A stretch of 61,967 nt of DNA, filler included, from Dimargaris cristalligena (lineage: Eukaryota): assembly GCA_003614675.1 (NCBI GenBank). It is 15 parts of 15 records of this genome, joined end to end, with 100 filler letters (N's around TTAATTAATTAA, not from the genome) between each part and the next. Parts side by side here need not be neighbours in the genome. Positions count along the whole stretch, not along the records: positions 8,351 to 12,421 come from ML003835.1; positions 12,522 to 16,586 come from ML003836.1; positions 16,687 to 20,739 come from ML003837.1; positions 20,840 to 24,888 come from ML003838.1; 11 more parts are not named here. One strand, given 5' to 3'. Numbering within the stretch: the first letter of the stretch is position 1; every line of letters starts with the position of its first letter. Below the pieces are notes generated by a model. It had not been told where the DNA came from, ran no database searches, and saw only the letters and a program-made list of their open reading frames with translations. Of this stretch, positions 11,320 to 23,920 are shown one piece after another. The position numbers were made by a program, and so were the translations under genes.

Positions 11320-12421
11320 CTAATACTGGTAGAATCCACGACCTGATTTCTTACCCAGCCAACCGGCATCAACGTATTTGACCAGCAGAGGAGAGGGGCG
11401 GTACTTGGAATCTCCCAGTTCGTTGTGGAGAACGCGCATGATGGCCAAGCAGGTGTCCAGGCCGATGAAGTCAGCCAGAGTAAGGGGCCCCATGGGGTTA
11501 TTGGTCCCCAACTTCATGGTGGTGTCAATATCCTCACGGGTGGCAATCCCCTCCTGTAGACAAATGACGGCCTCGTTGATGTAAGGCATGAGTAGGCGAT
11601 TGGCAATGAAGCCCGGCGTGTCTTGGGAGGTGGTGCAAACCTTAGCCATGGCTTCTGCCAGCTGTTTGGTTTTGGCCAGGGTCTCGGAGGAAGTGGCGAG
11701 TCCGGGGATGATTTCCACCAGCTTCATGACGGGTACCGGGTTCATAAAATGCATGCCGATAACATTTTCCGGGTGGGCGGTAGCCGCCGCGATCTTGGTG
11801 ATGCTGATGCTTGAGGTATTGGTGGCCAGGATAGTATCCGGCCGGGTCAAGCTTGACAGTTGACTGAACAGCCGTAGTTTCAGGTCGGTGTTTTCGGTGG
11901 CCGCTTCAATGACCACCTCACAATCGCCGAGGGTACCCAAATCGTCGGATGAGCTAATCCGGCTCTTGATGGTTTGGGCGGACGTCTCGTCGAGTTTACC
12001 CTTACTAATATCCTTGGCGAGTAGCTTGTCTGAATTTTCGAAGTGGCAGTAAAAACAAAGATTAGAACTAAATTGGGATGTGGGACAGCAGTCTTCCAAG
12101 TCTGCAACAGACCAAGGCGACAGCAAGGTGTCGGGGCTAGACAGTTCGAATAAGTAAATGTATATATATAGTGTGCGTGGGTGAGGGGTAGAGTTAACGG
12201 AAAAGGGGTACCAGGTGACGACTTACCGATGAACTGGGAACTCTTGGTTAACTGGGCGGCATTCTGGTCGTAGAAGCGAACGGCCAACCCGGCGTTGCGG
12301 GCTGCCACAAGGCCGATGCCCGTGCCCATCTGTCCGGACCCCACAACGCCAACAGTACGAATGGGTTCGGCGGCCGACGAAAAAGCCACCCTGCTGTCGA
12401 AAATCGCCGCCCTTCAACGTC
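11320..12421 (-). CDS. 3-hydroxybutyryl-CoA / 3-hydroxyacyl-CoA dehydrogenase, 5'-partial; exons 12421-12227 and 12029-11320
   Basis: Rossmann motif VGVVGSGQMGTGI, EAATEN, NTSSISI, HFMNP, PGFIANRLL, PMGPL, G.LGKKSGRGFY. A GTAAGT...TCAG intron (12226-12030) joins the two ORFs in frame. Confidence 0.96.
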
Positions 12422-12521
12422 NNNNNNNNNNNNNNNNNNNNNNNNNNNNNNNNNNNNNNNNNNNNTTAATTAATTAANNNNNNNNNNNNNNNNNNNNNNN
12501 NNNNNNNNNNNNNNNNNNNNN

Positions 12522-12629
12522 CCCCCCCTAACACTAGTAGCCCACTTGGCCATGTCCAACGCCCCGCCTACTGTTAGAAGCCTATCCCCGAGACTCTTGA
12601 CGGACTAAGAGTGGTTAACTCGGGCAACA
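12522..12629 (+). mobile_element. 3' end of family A LTR
   Basis: Matches 1500-1606 and ends ...GGTTAACTCGGGCAACA. Confidence 0.85.
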
Positions 12630-12660
12630 ATAAATAAATACTCTTTTTATGAACAGTACA

Positions 12661-12802
12661 TATGGGAGAGGTTCAACCAAGCTGTATAACGAAAAATCCG
12701 TTGGATGAAATAAATATTACTGGTTAAAAATAAATCTCCCATATATTATCCCATACACGTTTCATTTAAAACCTTATACAGCTGGGCCGCATTTCACCCA
12801 TA
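12661..12802. mobile_element. MITE family F copy
   Basis: 142 bp, TATGGG...CCCATA ends; reverse-complement homolog of 2955-3096. Confidence 0.8.
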
Positions 12803-12858
12803 TAAATGTCGATATACTAGCTGGTTTATAAATCAAACGGGATATTTATTTTTATTAC

Positions 12859-13119
12859 TCTTGGAATGATAAATTCGATGGTAAACGCAAGTACCTTCGG
12901 ATACAACTTAAAAAGATTTCAAGAAGAGAGAAAGAACCGCAAGGGGCAAAGCTAGATACCCGCAGATGGTTTTATTGAGTTGAATGAAAACAGTAATAAA
13001 TTTAAAAATGATGTCCCGAGTATAGGGAGATATAGCATTGGATATAATATAGTCCCGAACATAGGACGAGCCAATCCGAGAGATGGAATCGGTAGGGCGG
13101 TAGAAATGAATTTCCAACA
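12859..13119 (-). mobile_element. Solo LTR family G (Copia-like, 261 bp)
   Basis: Ends T(C)TTGGAA...TTCCAACA with a perfect 5-bp TSD ATTAC (12854-12858 and 13120-13124). Confidence 0.85.
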
Positions 13120-13936
13120 ATTACTTTGCAGACTAATAGAGACGCGATTAAAGCGAGTTGTACTATCTGCCTATTTTAACCAGGTGGCTAAATAGAGCAT
13201 TGCTGCTTTGGTGTGACAGTATTAGTTCGCCGCGATAAAAAAAAAAGGGCGCCCCACTCCATTTTTCCTGCGAAACTTTTGTCTGAAGGTATACAACGGC
13301 ACATTAATTACTTAAAGGTTTTTTGGATTGCTGTCAGTCTAACCTTCGGATACCTCACGGCAATTCAAGTCGAGCGGCAAATAAAGCAATGTATGCTTCT
13401 CCTTCGCTGCTCCCGCATGAAGCAATGCATGGTGTGCATATGCCGCTATCAACCAAGGCCCCACCGTCCGTTTATTGGCCATGCAGTTGCTTCACGCTAC
13501 CCAAATGCATAATGATGTGCTCCACTCCAAGCCTGGACTGAATGCTTGCCGAAAGACACACTTGCCGGTGAATTGGTTTTGTTTTTTCTCTTTATGTGAG
13601 CTATTAAAAGTTTAGCGAGTCACTTAAAAAAGAGAGAGTCTAGATATAAAACCCTCTAAATCGCCGCCTCTTCATCCTGTCACCCTATCCGCCTCCGTCC
13701 AAAACTCTACCGCACACACACTCTCACATTTACTAGGAATCCTACCATCGATATATCCCCTGCTCGTTACCCCTCATTACTTTTACGCCGACACTTCAGT
13801 GCCCTAAAACCATCCATCCCCCCGTGTTCGAGTAGTGTACCTACTATTTATAGTTTCCAATCCTTTGATTTGTGTCCGTGTTTCCAGATTTATATTCTAC
13901 TCGCCCTATTTTTACTCCCGCGCCTGAGAACTAGAA

Positions 13937-14896
13937 ATGCCCGCCCAATCCTTCACCAGCTTGCTTTCCAAGGCCAATCCCGCACCGGCTCTAAATACCT
14001 TAGGGAGACGCATCAAATCGGTAGTCACCGCCCACGTCTTTAAGCCCAAGAAGTCGGTTGGTGCCTATGCGGACACCCTTATCACCTCCGAGGAAAAGCC
14101 CCCAACCCATGCTGCCCCTCCCTCCTCGGCCACTCTACCACAGACCCCGGTTAATTTATCCCCGTTGACATTGTCCAAGCGATCTATCAAAGCGGCGATG
14201 GCCAGTCACACCAGTTTCCGGAGCGATAACCAGACGCTCCCCTCCCCTACCTCGACGGCAATCTATACTGCCCCGCTTTATGAAGAGCCGACCAGAGAAT
14301 CGCTGATCTGTTTATGCACCGTCGAAACCCGATCCGTACAAGTGCCCTACAATCCAGTAACCGATGGGCCTTGTCAGGAGCTCCCTGCCCCTGTTTCGGC
14401 CCCGACGGATACATGTCCATCTACACCGATCTTCGGGTTCAACCCCGCCCCCACCCCGATCCCGGAGGCCTGTCCGATCTACAAGATGGTTTCCACGACC
14501 TATATAGTCGATACGGACGATGTGCCGCTGTTCTTCTTGACCCTACTTTGCCCTACTAGATACAACGGTAGTAATGGCACAATGTCCTCTATTTGTCAAC
14601 GTCTGTACACATTCGCACAAGAAGAGAGGCTGGTTAACAGTGATCAACTCCCCGCCATTATCAGAGAAGACCAGTCAATTGATTATCAAGCAGTGGGCCA
14701 GCCGAAACCCGACCAAGCAGCCCCACTCCATATTGACCAACAGCTCCAACCTCGACGCCCTGTGACTAAGGCACCCTTCATTCCCCGCCAATGCACCCCC
14801 TCAACTAGTCTATGCCTGAGCGCGGCGACGGGTAAAATAGTCTGCTATTGCCAATATTCCGACGGAGGATTGATGATCAGCAACGCCCAGCTATAA
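13937..14896 (+). CDS. Hypothetical Pro/Thr/Ser-rich protein, 319 aa
   Basis: Long uninterrupted CpG-rich ORF with coding-like composition; TATA-like GATATAAA at about 13643; no recognisable domain. Confidence 0.6.
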   Translation: MPAQSFTSLLSKANPAPALNTLGRRIKSVVTAHVFKPKKSVGAYADTLITSEEKPPTHAAPPSSATLPQTPVNLSPLTLSKRSIKAAMASHTSFRSDNQTLPSPTSTAIYTAPLYEEPTRESLICLCTVETRSVQVPYNPVTDGPCQELPAPVSAPTDTCPSTPIFGFNPAPTPIPEACPIYKMVSTTYIVDTDDVPLFFLTLLCPTRYNGSNGTMSSICQRLYTFAQEERLVNSDQLPAIIREDQSIDYQAVGQPKPDQAAPLHIDQQLQPRRPVTKAPFIPRQCTPSTSLCLSAATGKIVCYCQYSDGGLMISNAQL

Positions 14897-15445
14897 CTGA
14901 CGTTCTATGTGATTAGGATAGGTTTTATATAAAACAGTTTATACTCAATAGTGACTTGGTCGATGTGATCGCTTCTACAATTTATTTTATCGATACTGAT
15001 TCAAACAAATGGTCTAAACGATTGTTTACTTTTAACGCTTATAATTTACTATGCCAATCATTATTTCCTTTTCCGTATTATTGTATAAATTCATTTCATA
15101 AATTATAAATTTCACGATGGTTATATCGGTAATGTGTAAAGTGTTGTAGATTTAAGAGGAGATACATGTCATAGGTAGCAATACTAGCAATAACTAGAAT
15201 GCCTACACCTAAGGCGAGTATCAGGTAGTAACATATATGAAAATGGTGCGAAAAGTGATTTATAGATAGCATGCCAGTGTAGATCGGAAGTATAAGATTA
15301 CTAATAACCCGGGTATCAAATGAATGCCAGTTAACTAAGGCGTCCTATGAATTGGTTTCACTATATTGGGCCGACCAGGCCAAGTATAAAGGTGTCGAAC
15401 CAGCGCTAAACCTGCTGGAAGGCACTAATCAATGATATACTGAAA

Positions 15446-15586
15446 ATTGGTGGAATTCAGTCCAGTTGTATAAGGTTTTAAATGATATGTGGATGTGATA
15501 ATATGCGGGAGATTCATTTTTAACCATTAGTATTTGCCTCGTTTAACGGGATTTTTGTTATACGGCCTGGTTAAACACCGCTCATG
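15446..15586. mobile_element. Diverged MITE family F copy
   Basis: gttgtataaggtttta...ttttaacca.tagtattt...ttatacggcctggttaaac is colinear with the other copies. Confidence 0.7.
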
Positions 15587-16448
15587 TGGAATATTTGAAA
15601 AGATGAATCAGATGGTGTGAATGGCTGAAGGAAGGCAATCCTTCAGCAGGGTTTAACAACCGCGCCTTGCAGATGGAACTAGGCGATGCTGCTACCTAGC
15701 TCTCAATCATCAGTCTCCTTAAATCACATTTATTATGAAGCATGGCAATACTAGCTATCAAAATTAATATAACAAACCTGGTCGTATATAGTCTATTGCA
15801 AATCCAGTTCAAATATTAGGAGTGACAAATGTAAATACTGCTAATAAGTTTACATATACAAACAATTTGTGTAACTAAACTAGATATTTATGGGCCCTGG
15901 GTGGGAGATTATTAATAGAGGGGTCGCCGAGGCACACCCTGGAGAAGCCGGGACTGATACCATTACCAGAGTTAACCCAGAGCTGACTCCCGCAGTTAAG
16001 CCAGAGGGATAGCTCTACTCCAATGATAAAAGAGATTCCTACTTGGCCTCTCCGACTACTCGGGTACCTCAACCTCTGTTAAAAAAAAGCAAGGGCAGTT
16101 CAGTATAACAATGTCCTCCAGATGACTATTATCCCCATTCGTCCGAAACCCATACTCGCTCTGTACTTACTTACCACTTCACCTAAATGCATTAATAAAC
16201 CTTATTATACTTATTTTGAACTCGCTACACTCGTTTATTAATAATATTACTGGTTAACAATAAATTTCCTATATAATCCAAATATCCAGCAGTCTCGAAA
16301 AATAATATATATATATTTTAACTGACCACAAAGTCCACTTGTGTCTATTGGTCAGATTAATTAATCCATTTATACCACAAGGACTCCACGGAGCGGTGAT
16401 GCCAAGATTAGATTACCTGGATTGGCAATAATGAAGAATAAAAGATAT

Positions 16449-16519
16449 TGCCGTTGGCAGGAATCGAACCTGCGTCGGCGCGGCCACAACGCGATGTACT
16501 GCCACTATACTACAACGGC
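16449..16519 (-). tRNA. tRNA-His (GTG)
   Basis: GCCGTTG TA GTAT AGTGGCA GTAC A TCGCG TTGTGGC CGCGC CGAC GCAGG TTCGATT CCTGC CAACGGC A folds as a cloverleaf. No encoded G-1 or CCA (eukaryotic type); T-tract downstream. Confidence 0.95.
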
Positions 16520-16686
16520 TTCTTATATTTGTGTTGTGCAATAGCAGGAGAATAGTGAAAAGGAAAGTTTAAACAGTAATAAACGTNNNNNNNNNNNNNN
16601 NNNNNNNNNNNNNNNNNNNNNNNNNNNNNNTTAATTAATTAANNNNNNNNNNNNNNNNNNNNNNNNNNNNNNNNNNNNNNNNNNNN

Positions 16687-19600
16687 CAGGTGTTGCAGAT
16701 AGGCCGGTCGGTCAGCGTAGGAGAGAATGTCCCGCATACGTTGAAGTTGGGCAGCGAATAGATTCCAGCTCCAGAGGTACATGGACCCGTGTTTGAGGTC
16801 CATGACCCGAACGGCGATGTAGGGCCGTTCCGCAAGCGGCAGGCCGGAAAGGGAGTCGTCGTCATAGTCGAAATCGTCGCCCCCGCCCATTCCACCACCG
16901 GAACCACCATTGTCAGCATCGTCGTCTTGACCAGCTCCGCTCAGGGCACTCATACCCACGATGCCCCCAGTGGCCCCATCTCCGCCGAATGCGAAAGCGG
17001 GCAGGTCGTCCACGGGTGTATCCCAATAGGAGAAGGGCTTAGTGGGGACTACCAACCCGGAACATCCCTGCCGTCGCTGCCGGCCCGAGGTCAATGCATG
17101 GGTAGTAGAAAACGAGGTTCGGTCACGTCGGGACAATACCCCTCCTCCCCCACCCACCATGGGTGCGAGAATCCGGTCCACCACTGTAAACTGATAAATC
17201 ACCTGCTTGTTCAATTCCTGGGCAACCACATTGGCCTCTTTCAGCAGGATGGCATTCTGGAGCAGCTGGCGGGCCATCTTCACAAACCGAGAGGAGCGCC
17301 ACTTGGCCACCATAGGGGTAAGCAATAGGCGCTGGTCGGTGGTAAAGTCGGTGTGGGGCACAAATTCGAGGAATTTATCATGGGCGATGGTCAAACTCCG
17401 CACGCGCTGTTCGTACTGGTCCCGTTGGGCTTCCAGTTCACGCTGCATATGGGCCATGGCGTCACGATATTGGCTGGCGAGGGCCGGCGCGCCCTCTAAG
17501 GAGGAGGGTGGGGGAGCGCTCGGGTCGGCCGAATCCTGCCACATGCGTAGTTTTTCCTCGTAGTTAAGGGTGTTACCGTTACCGTCGTCCCCGAGTAAAC
17601 GGTGGATCATGGGGCTAGAGTCGCGACGGGGGTGGAGGGGGTCGTCGTCGGAGTTGGGGGAGTCCGGGTTAGGTAGGTACATACGGGAAGCCGGGCGGGA
17701 CCCTAGTTCGCTGAAGCCACGGGAAAGGGTATCCACTGCCGTCGTGCTCCCTAGCCCGGCCTCTCGCCAGGCGTAATTCCAATCCACCATTTCCGAAGTG
17801 AGCGAAAAGATGGTGTCGGCTGGGGAAGATGGCCGGCGTTCGGGAGGTTCAGAATCATCGCCGCTGCCGGCGCCTAGGCCCGCGCCTAACATACTACTAC
17901 CCATGTCACCGCCGTCGTCCCCTGACACAGGAACGCCGGCCTGACGGTCCCGTTCCCGGCGGGCCTCTTCGGGATGGTTAAAGCGAAAAACGTGATTATC
18001 GCCAATAATAATACGATAACCACTACGTAAACGTTTGGGTCCAGTTAAGCGCCGGCCATTGACCAATACGAGGGAGTTCTCTTGCGGAACGAGGGTCACT
18101 CTGCCTTCATCGTTATCGAAATGGCAATGGTAGTTCTTAATAACCTTTCCCGTGAGTTTAATCTCAACGGAGGGTGCGTCTGTGGGGGGGTTAATGGGTT
18201 CGAGGCGTCCTACGCGGGTCAAGCCAGGCTTTAGATTGTAAATCAAACACTCAGACATCAGTGGGTCTTCATTCAGGTTGACCAGGTGAGGCATCCGCTT
18301 GGGGGTACGCAATCCAACCTGGTCCTGATCCAATGAGATACCAAGGTCCTCCAGCACTTTTTCTCTCTCCTGCTGGACATCCTGCGTCTTGCGCAGTTTC
18401 TCCTCCCACGTCTGGTTGAGCTCGGTCATAAGTTTCTCCGAGGCTACGAGTTGTTCTTTGATGGCGTAGGCCGGACTGCTTAGTGATTGGGGGAAGGAGA
18501 CCCCCTCGGGTGCACTCTGCAGCATAACCTGTTTTTCCTCTTCGGAGATGACCGACCCGTCCGGGCGTACGCCGGCACTGATGGGATCGAAAACGGCCAA
18601 TTTGACTCGGAGCTGTGAGAGTTCGTCCTTCAATTCGCGGATCAGACGGGCGTTGGGATCTTCGTTCACCACCGCCTTGTTCATAATGCGCTTGGCCCGG
18701 TCGGCGTAGCGCAGTGTGCTTAAGGTTTCTTCGTAGTCGGCAGGCGATATAGCGGCAATCATGGCCGTACGGGAGTTGCCCCCTAAGGAATCCTTTAGAA
18801 GCCAGGTGAGGACCGAGTCCCGGTAGGGAACGAAGGCGTCTTTGGGTTTTTTGGACGATGGGCCTGCCGTGGCCTGGTCGGCCAACGCGGATATTACCTT
18901 TCCCAGCGTAGTCAAGGATTTATTGATGTTGGCACCTTCTTTCAGCCGGGTCCCCGTTGCTCCAGTGGAATTGGCCCGCTCACTCCCGGCCAAATCAACC
19001 AGACTGATGCGGGACACTTTTTCGGTGGACAGATTAGTCTCTTGGTCGTAACGAATCTGGGTGAGGATGATAGTGAACACGGCGTGGGAGCGACTTGATG
19101 TGGCGTTCATTTGGGTGGCTGCCACCGTTCGGGCCTTATTACCGGCGTCCATGAGGTCTTCGATATCCTTGTGGGACGATACCACAAGCTTCGATAGATC
19201 TTCGACGTAGGGGCCTAGCGAGGGGTGCTCACGCACTTTGAGATTGCCTTTGCCATTGGGGTTAAGTAGATCCCGCACTTTCTCGCAGTAGATTTCAATA
19301 TAGGACACCTCGACATTGAATTTCAGGTGTGGGTCCGAATTGGCATCAATGCGTTCGAATAGGGCGCCGCAGGTCAATGGGGTCAACCCACGATCTTCAC
19401 CATACCCCACCTATTTAATGGCAGTAAGAAATCGGCATATTAGAGACGAAACAAAGGTCAGGAATTAGATAGCCGAGAGGTAGAATGTTACGGGATATAG
19501 AGAGTTGGGTTCTGTAAAAGTAAGCCCAGTAATAGCTGGGAATTTACTATTAAAACCTACCATTGTGTACGATTTACCACTGCCGGTTTGGCCGTCTGTT

Positions 19601-20407
19601 GGTGAATACAAGTAATACAAATGATCGAGAATACGCGGAAAAGGAAGTATAAATATGAATAAAATCCGATTTGCATACGTCAAGTAGATTGGTAGTTTCG
19701 TAAATGCTCCTAATCATAGTATAACTAGAATTCTAGCCGCGGATACCATATTAATGTTGGGCGAGCTCAGGGGTTTATATTGGGCTGAAACATATGTAGT
19801 AAGCTGGGGAGGGGGTGTACTCGAGGACTTACATGCAAAAATACAAGTGTTATACCCCTCAAAAGCGTGGTCCAGGAGCTGGCAGCCCAAATCATTGAAT
19901 ACATCCTGTTGAGATGTATAATTGGAAGCATCCTTATCGGCTGACCAGTAAGAGTAGTCAAAGGCGAAAGATTTGGTGGCCGTGGGATCGGGCTTGGCTT
20001 TGGGATCGGACGGCAACTTAGTGATGATAGTCTGGTTGCCTTCCATGCGAATCAAGCCAACGGCACCCCGGGCTTTCTCTGTTTAGGGAAAGGTAAAAAG
20101 GGCTAGAGATGTGATTAGATGAATAGAAGTAATGAAGGGGGGAGAGGTTCCAAACCAGGGGACTAGAGTTGCCTTGATATCAAATTATACCAAATCAAAT
20201 ATACCGAAGAATTATCCGAATTTTAATGCCATCTGCTTCGGTACAGCTGCGCAGTTCGGCAAATTAATTCAATGAAATGGGTAGTATGGACAACTACTGG
20301 GCGACTTGGCCCAGGAACATGGTTGTTCCAATGGGCACGCCAGTGTAATACTTACCCCGGGAGTTCATGGGCCGACATCGAACGGCGACGGTGATGCTGT
20401 TACTCAT
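16687..20407 (-). CDS. unc-104: Kinesin-3 (Unc104/KIF1-like) with FHA domain, 3'-partial; exons 20407-20356, 20078-19833, 19595-19561 and 19410-16687
   Basis: [75 protein letters not shown] ending FRFNHP; canonical GT-AG introns. Confidence 0.96.
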
Positions 20408-20673
20408 TAGGGACGTGCAAAGAAATGTAGGGTGGGATGCAAGCGTGGGGGATGTAGCACCGGATACAGAAAGCTGGGGCTTCTATAATCTGCGAGTGGT
20501 GACGGTGTGGGGGTATGGAAAGTTGAGAATGGGGGAAAAGCAGTATAAATAATAGGTGAAGTTAAAGCAACGAGCAGAGTTGAATGGGTAAAGAAGAAGA
20601 ATAGAAAAGAGCGAATGAAGAATGCCCAACGGGCAGAACAACAAGCAAGTGGACACGACAATCGGGGCTTAGA

Positions 20674-20681
20674 AAGAGAGA

Positions 20682-20739
<58 letters not shown>
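20674..20739. repeat. (AG)n microsatellite at the contig end
   Basis: About 32 AG units running into the spacer. Confidence 0.95.
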
Positions 20740-20839
20740 NNNNNNNNNNNNNNNNNNNNNNNNNNNNNNNNNNNNNNNNNNNNTTAATTAATTAANNNNN
20801 NNNNNNNNNNNNNNNNNNNNNNNNNNNNNNNNNNNNNNN

Positions 20840-21177
20840 TGACCCCTGTGTAGAACACTAATACCACCTTGGCTTCAGGTGACTATTAGCTAATACTCAG
20901 CTTACTCTCTGTTCTCCTTTTCTCTGTCCTCGGCAACAAGTCCCCTTTTATCACCTTGGCTTCAGGTGCTAATTAGACTTTCACCCAGTTCCAGCTAATT
21001 CGGCACCTCAAGGTGATTATTATTGAAAATAGAATGTTTTATAATCATACAAACTTGATTGTCAATAAATAATGGGTCTTTCGAGTTAAAATTGAAGTGC
21101 CAAACTGACAAAAAGTAAGGCCGTCACCTGAAGCCAAGGTGATATTGAGATACTCCAAGTAGGGGTTGCAGGGGTCA
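20840..21177. mobile_element. Fold-back or MITE-like element with repeated CACCTTGGCTTCAGGTG units
   Basis: Outer inverted repeat TGACCCCTG...CAGGGGTCA. The 17-bp unit occurs at 20865 and 20952 (direct) and at 21125 (inverted), with a deleted copy at about 21004. Confidence 0.6.
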
Positions 21178-22153
21178 AGGAAGTCAAGAAAATGTTATGA
21201 GGGCCAAGGTTGTCTGTCCTTCCAAGAGGGCAGACACAAGTTTATTTATAATTGATGGTTTAGGTTGGAAACAAGTGGAAAACAAGAGGGAACATGGTCC
21301 ATTAGTCATCAGCTAGGTGACTTAGTCATAAGACGCAAATATGGACCAATTGGGCTTAATTAAGTCATGGGAAAGGCTTAGCAAAGGAAGGGAAAGGAAG
21401 AACAATGGATCATGGGAATTCATGATGATCCCATGATAAACACAGAAGAGAACAAAAGGGAAAATCGGTAAAGGGAATTCCAGCCAGTGTGATGAGAACT
21501 GGGAATCATGGGGAACAATAGGAAGAAAGGGGAAATGGGGATTAGAGTAATGTGGTGGAGGCACCACACCCTCCCGCTGCCTGACTGAGTGCTTTAAAAA
21601 TCCTCATTCTTAGTTTGAGGTCTGGAGTATTTAAACCCACCAGTTTTGTTCCCCAAGTCAGGGAGCATAAAACCTAGCAGCATATATTATTCTCATTTGA
21701 TCCTTAGCATTCATTATACAATAAAAAACCCTTCTAGTCATTGTGTTTTGAAGAACTCTATTGAAGAAGTCGTTGAGGGTGAAACAGCAAGTAGCCCCCC
21801 CCCCAATTTCCTATTTTTCATTCATTATTCTACTATATTTTAAAAATCAATAACAATCATTGATCCCCTTACCATGTTACTAATAATTTGTAATATGTTT
21901 TGCTCCAGTCGCAGTCAATTAGTCTCTCCACAAGAGACTTTGACATCACTGTCACCCCTCCTGGATCCCTGGGGCAGGGCATTACACATTTACTTAGAAT
22001 GAAATAGGGCCATTACTCTGGGGCCCAACTATGTGGTAGACAAATCAAGGCTTCACTGTATTAAATGGGAATGTGTGTTGAATTTCACTCCTAAAATGCC
22101 ACAGCTAAGGTATACCTAGTGATTAGGCAAAACATCATAATCATTCTAAATAT

Positions 22154-22433
22154 TGTAAGGGTTAGAGAGGACTGACAACCCTAAGTTTGGACAATCTCAG
22201 ATGTCGACCAATGAGAAAGCACCACACAACTCCATTACAATAGCCGCCCCCCCAGAGCAAGCAATGAACAATAGTTACTTCAACCAGACATCGAAAATAT
22301 AGATATAAAAGGAGGCATAATCTATGTACTTAAGAGACCTTCATGATTCAATAAAACAATTATTATAATCGAAACTTTATTTTGACCTTACTCAGCCACA
22401 TTGATTACTTGTCACCCCACTTGACACATTACA
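22154..22433 (+). mobile_element. Solo LTR family J (280 bp); related partial copy at about 56656-56860
   Basis: TGTAA...TTACA ends with a 4-bp TSD ATAT; internal CCAAT, GATATAAAAGGAGG and AATAAA in LTR order. Confidence 0.7.
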
Positions 22434-22495
22434 ATATCGCCAAACGCCCTACCCATATATGCCGGGGGTGCTTAGCTTGTCTATTCCAATGACCC

Positions 22496-23920
22496 TTATA
22501 CAAACTAGATTATATTAATAGCACAAATAGGCATAGCGTCAATAGATTAGTCTTAAGATGGCAAGTGTATGCTATGATGGTCTTGAACAATCATGATCAA
22601 GTTGCGTGGTAAAAATAGATGGTCACATAAATAATCGGTGCAACTTACCTGGGACAGATAGGACTCGGCCACAATACGGGCACGGGCATTAAGGCTTAGT
22701 TTCATTTCACTGATTTCCTTGTCAACATCCTCCATAAACTGGATGATAAAGTCCACGAGTTTGTGCTTAAACATCAACTCGGTGTGGAAATTGGTGATCA
22801 AAAAACTGATGTCGTAGCCCTGTTGGTGATAATAATAAAAGGCAAGATCAGATGGTATCGAAGCGGTATTAGACGAGGGGAGATAAAAGGGGATACGGTT
22901 AGCTAAGTATTCGCCAATATCACTCATAGTGCAGTTCGGGTGCTCTCAGGACGACCATGTAAGCCAACTAGACGGACAAGTACGGCGACAGCTATTGGTC
23001 CGAAGCTATAGAGTGTGGTGTGGTCACTTACCTTGATCGGTTTGCGGCGAAGAATGATGAAGTTTTCGGCACGCTGCATAAGAAAGCGAGTGAATTTGTG
23101 GCATAGGATACGCTCGATATCGTCGGCCTGTTTAATACGGATGCTTACCCGCACGGAGTTGAACGAAGATTCGATTAAAACCTGTTCGTTCTCGTTGCGA
23201 CTAATAATAAGCGGGTTTAATAGCACCTCGTTGGTGGTTCTGGGGTTTAGCGAGTAGAGAAAAAGGAACAGTGATATAAATAAAAGGGTATAGTTAAGTA
23301 AAAGAGTTGGGGAAACGTGGACTGAAAAAAATAAGTAGGTGACCAGGATGGAAGAGACGAATTGCAGGGATAGGATCATTGATCATAAGTTGAGCCAGCT
23401 AGCCACCGGTGCGAACATAAGGCTCAGATCAGTGCATTGCTCATTTAGGATAATCAACTTACTGGGCTTCCACTTCGGGGATATTGTGTTTCTCCACAAC
23501 TTGGGAGGCGAAGTTTTCCACACAGAGGGCGGCGGTCAGGGTCGAGCGGACCGCCATGAGATACGGACGTAGAGTGTTGGACTAAATAGCGATTACCATG
23601 GGCGGTTTGTTGAACCAGGAATAGTGCAGGACAGGTACAAGTAGACTGGAGATTAGTGGACAATTCCCCAGTAGGCAGCGGAGTAGTCGGAGTGTACTTA
23701 ATAAGATGCCCAGCCTCTCCTGTGGGACTAGGGATGCGAGTTAGGTCGTACTGGAGTGTGGAGGGGTATTCGCAGAGCGAACGAATTAAGACTATCCCCA
23801 GCCGGTGGACCGGTTCCGTCTGGAATAATACCGAACCTGGCTAGATGCGCAGGCTCAGGTGGTCAGGACACCATCAGATGCACGCAGAACAAAGGAAAAC
23901 ACAAGCGGAAAGCTTACCAT
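22496..23920 (-). CDS. ARPC4: Arp2/3 complex subunit 4 (p20-Arc); exons 23920-23918, 23581-23463, 23239-23032, 22819-22649 and 22504-22496
   Basis: Spliced product [34 protein letters not shown]...[13 protein letters not shown]...[14 protein letters not shown]...[16 protein letters not shown]. Start context CCCACCATG|GTAAGC; all introns GT-AG and in frame. Confidence 0.96.

Noticed and set aside
16789..19051. Plus-strand ORFs over kinesin, and similar antisense ORFs over the dehydrogenase, MFS, AlkB, fasciclin and FPGS genes
   Set aside because: Shadow ORFs of GC-rich coding sequence with no motifs of their own.
20865..21144. Repeat-spacer-repeat pattern as a CRISPR array
   Set aside because: Only three 17-bp units, unequal spacing, one inverted, eukaryotic context and no cas genes.
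23582..23599. Apparent 15-nt micro-intron in ARPC4 (ATG|GTAATCGCTATTTAG)
   Set aside because: A better start exon exists upstream (CCCACCATG|GTAAGC at 23920) using the same acceptor, giving an ordinary 336-nt intron.
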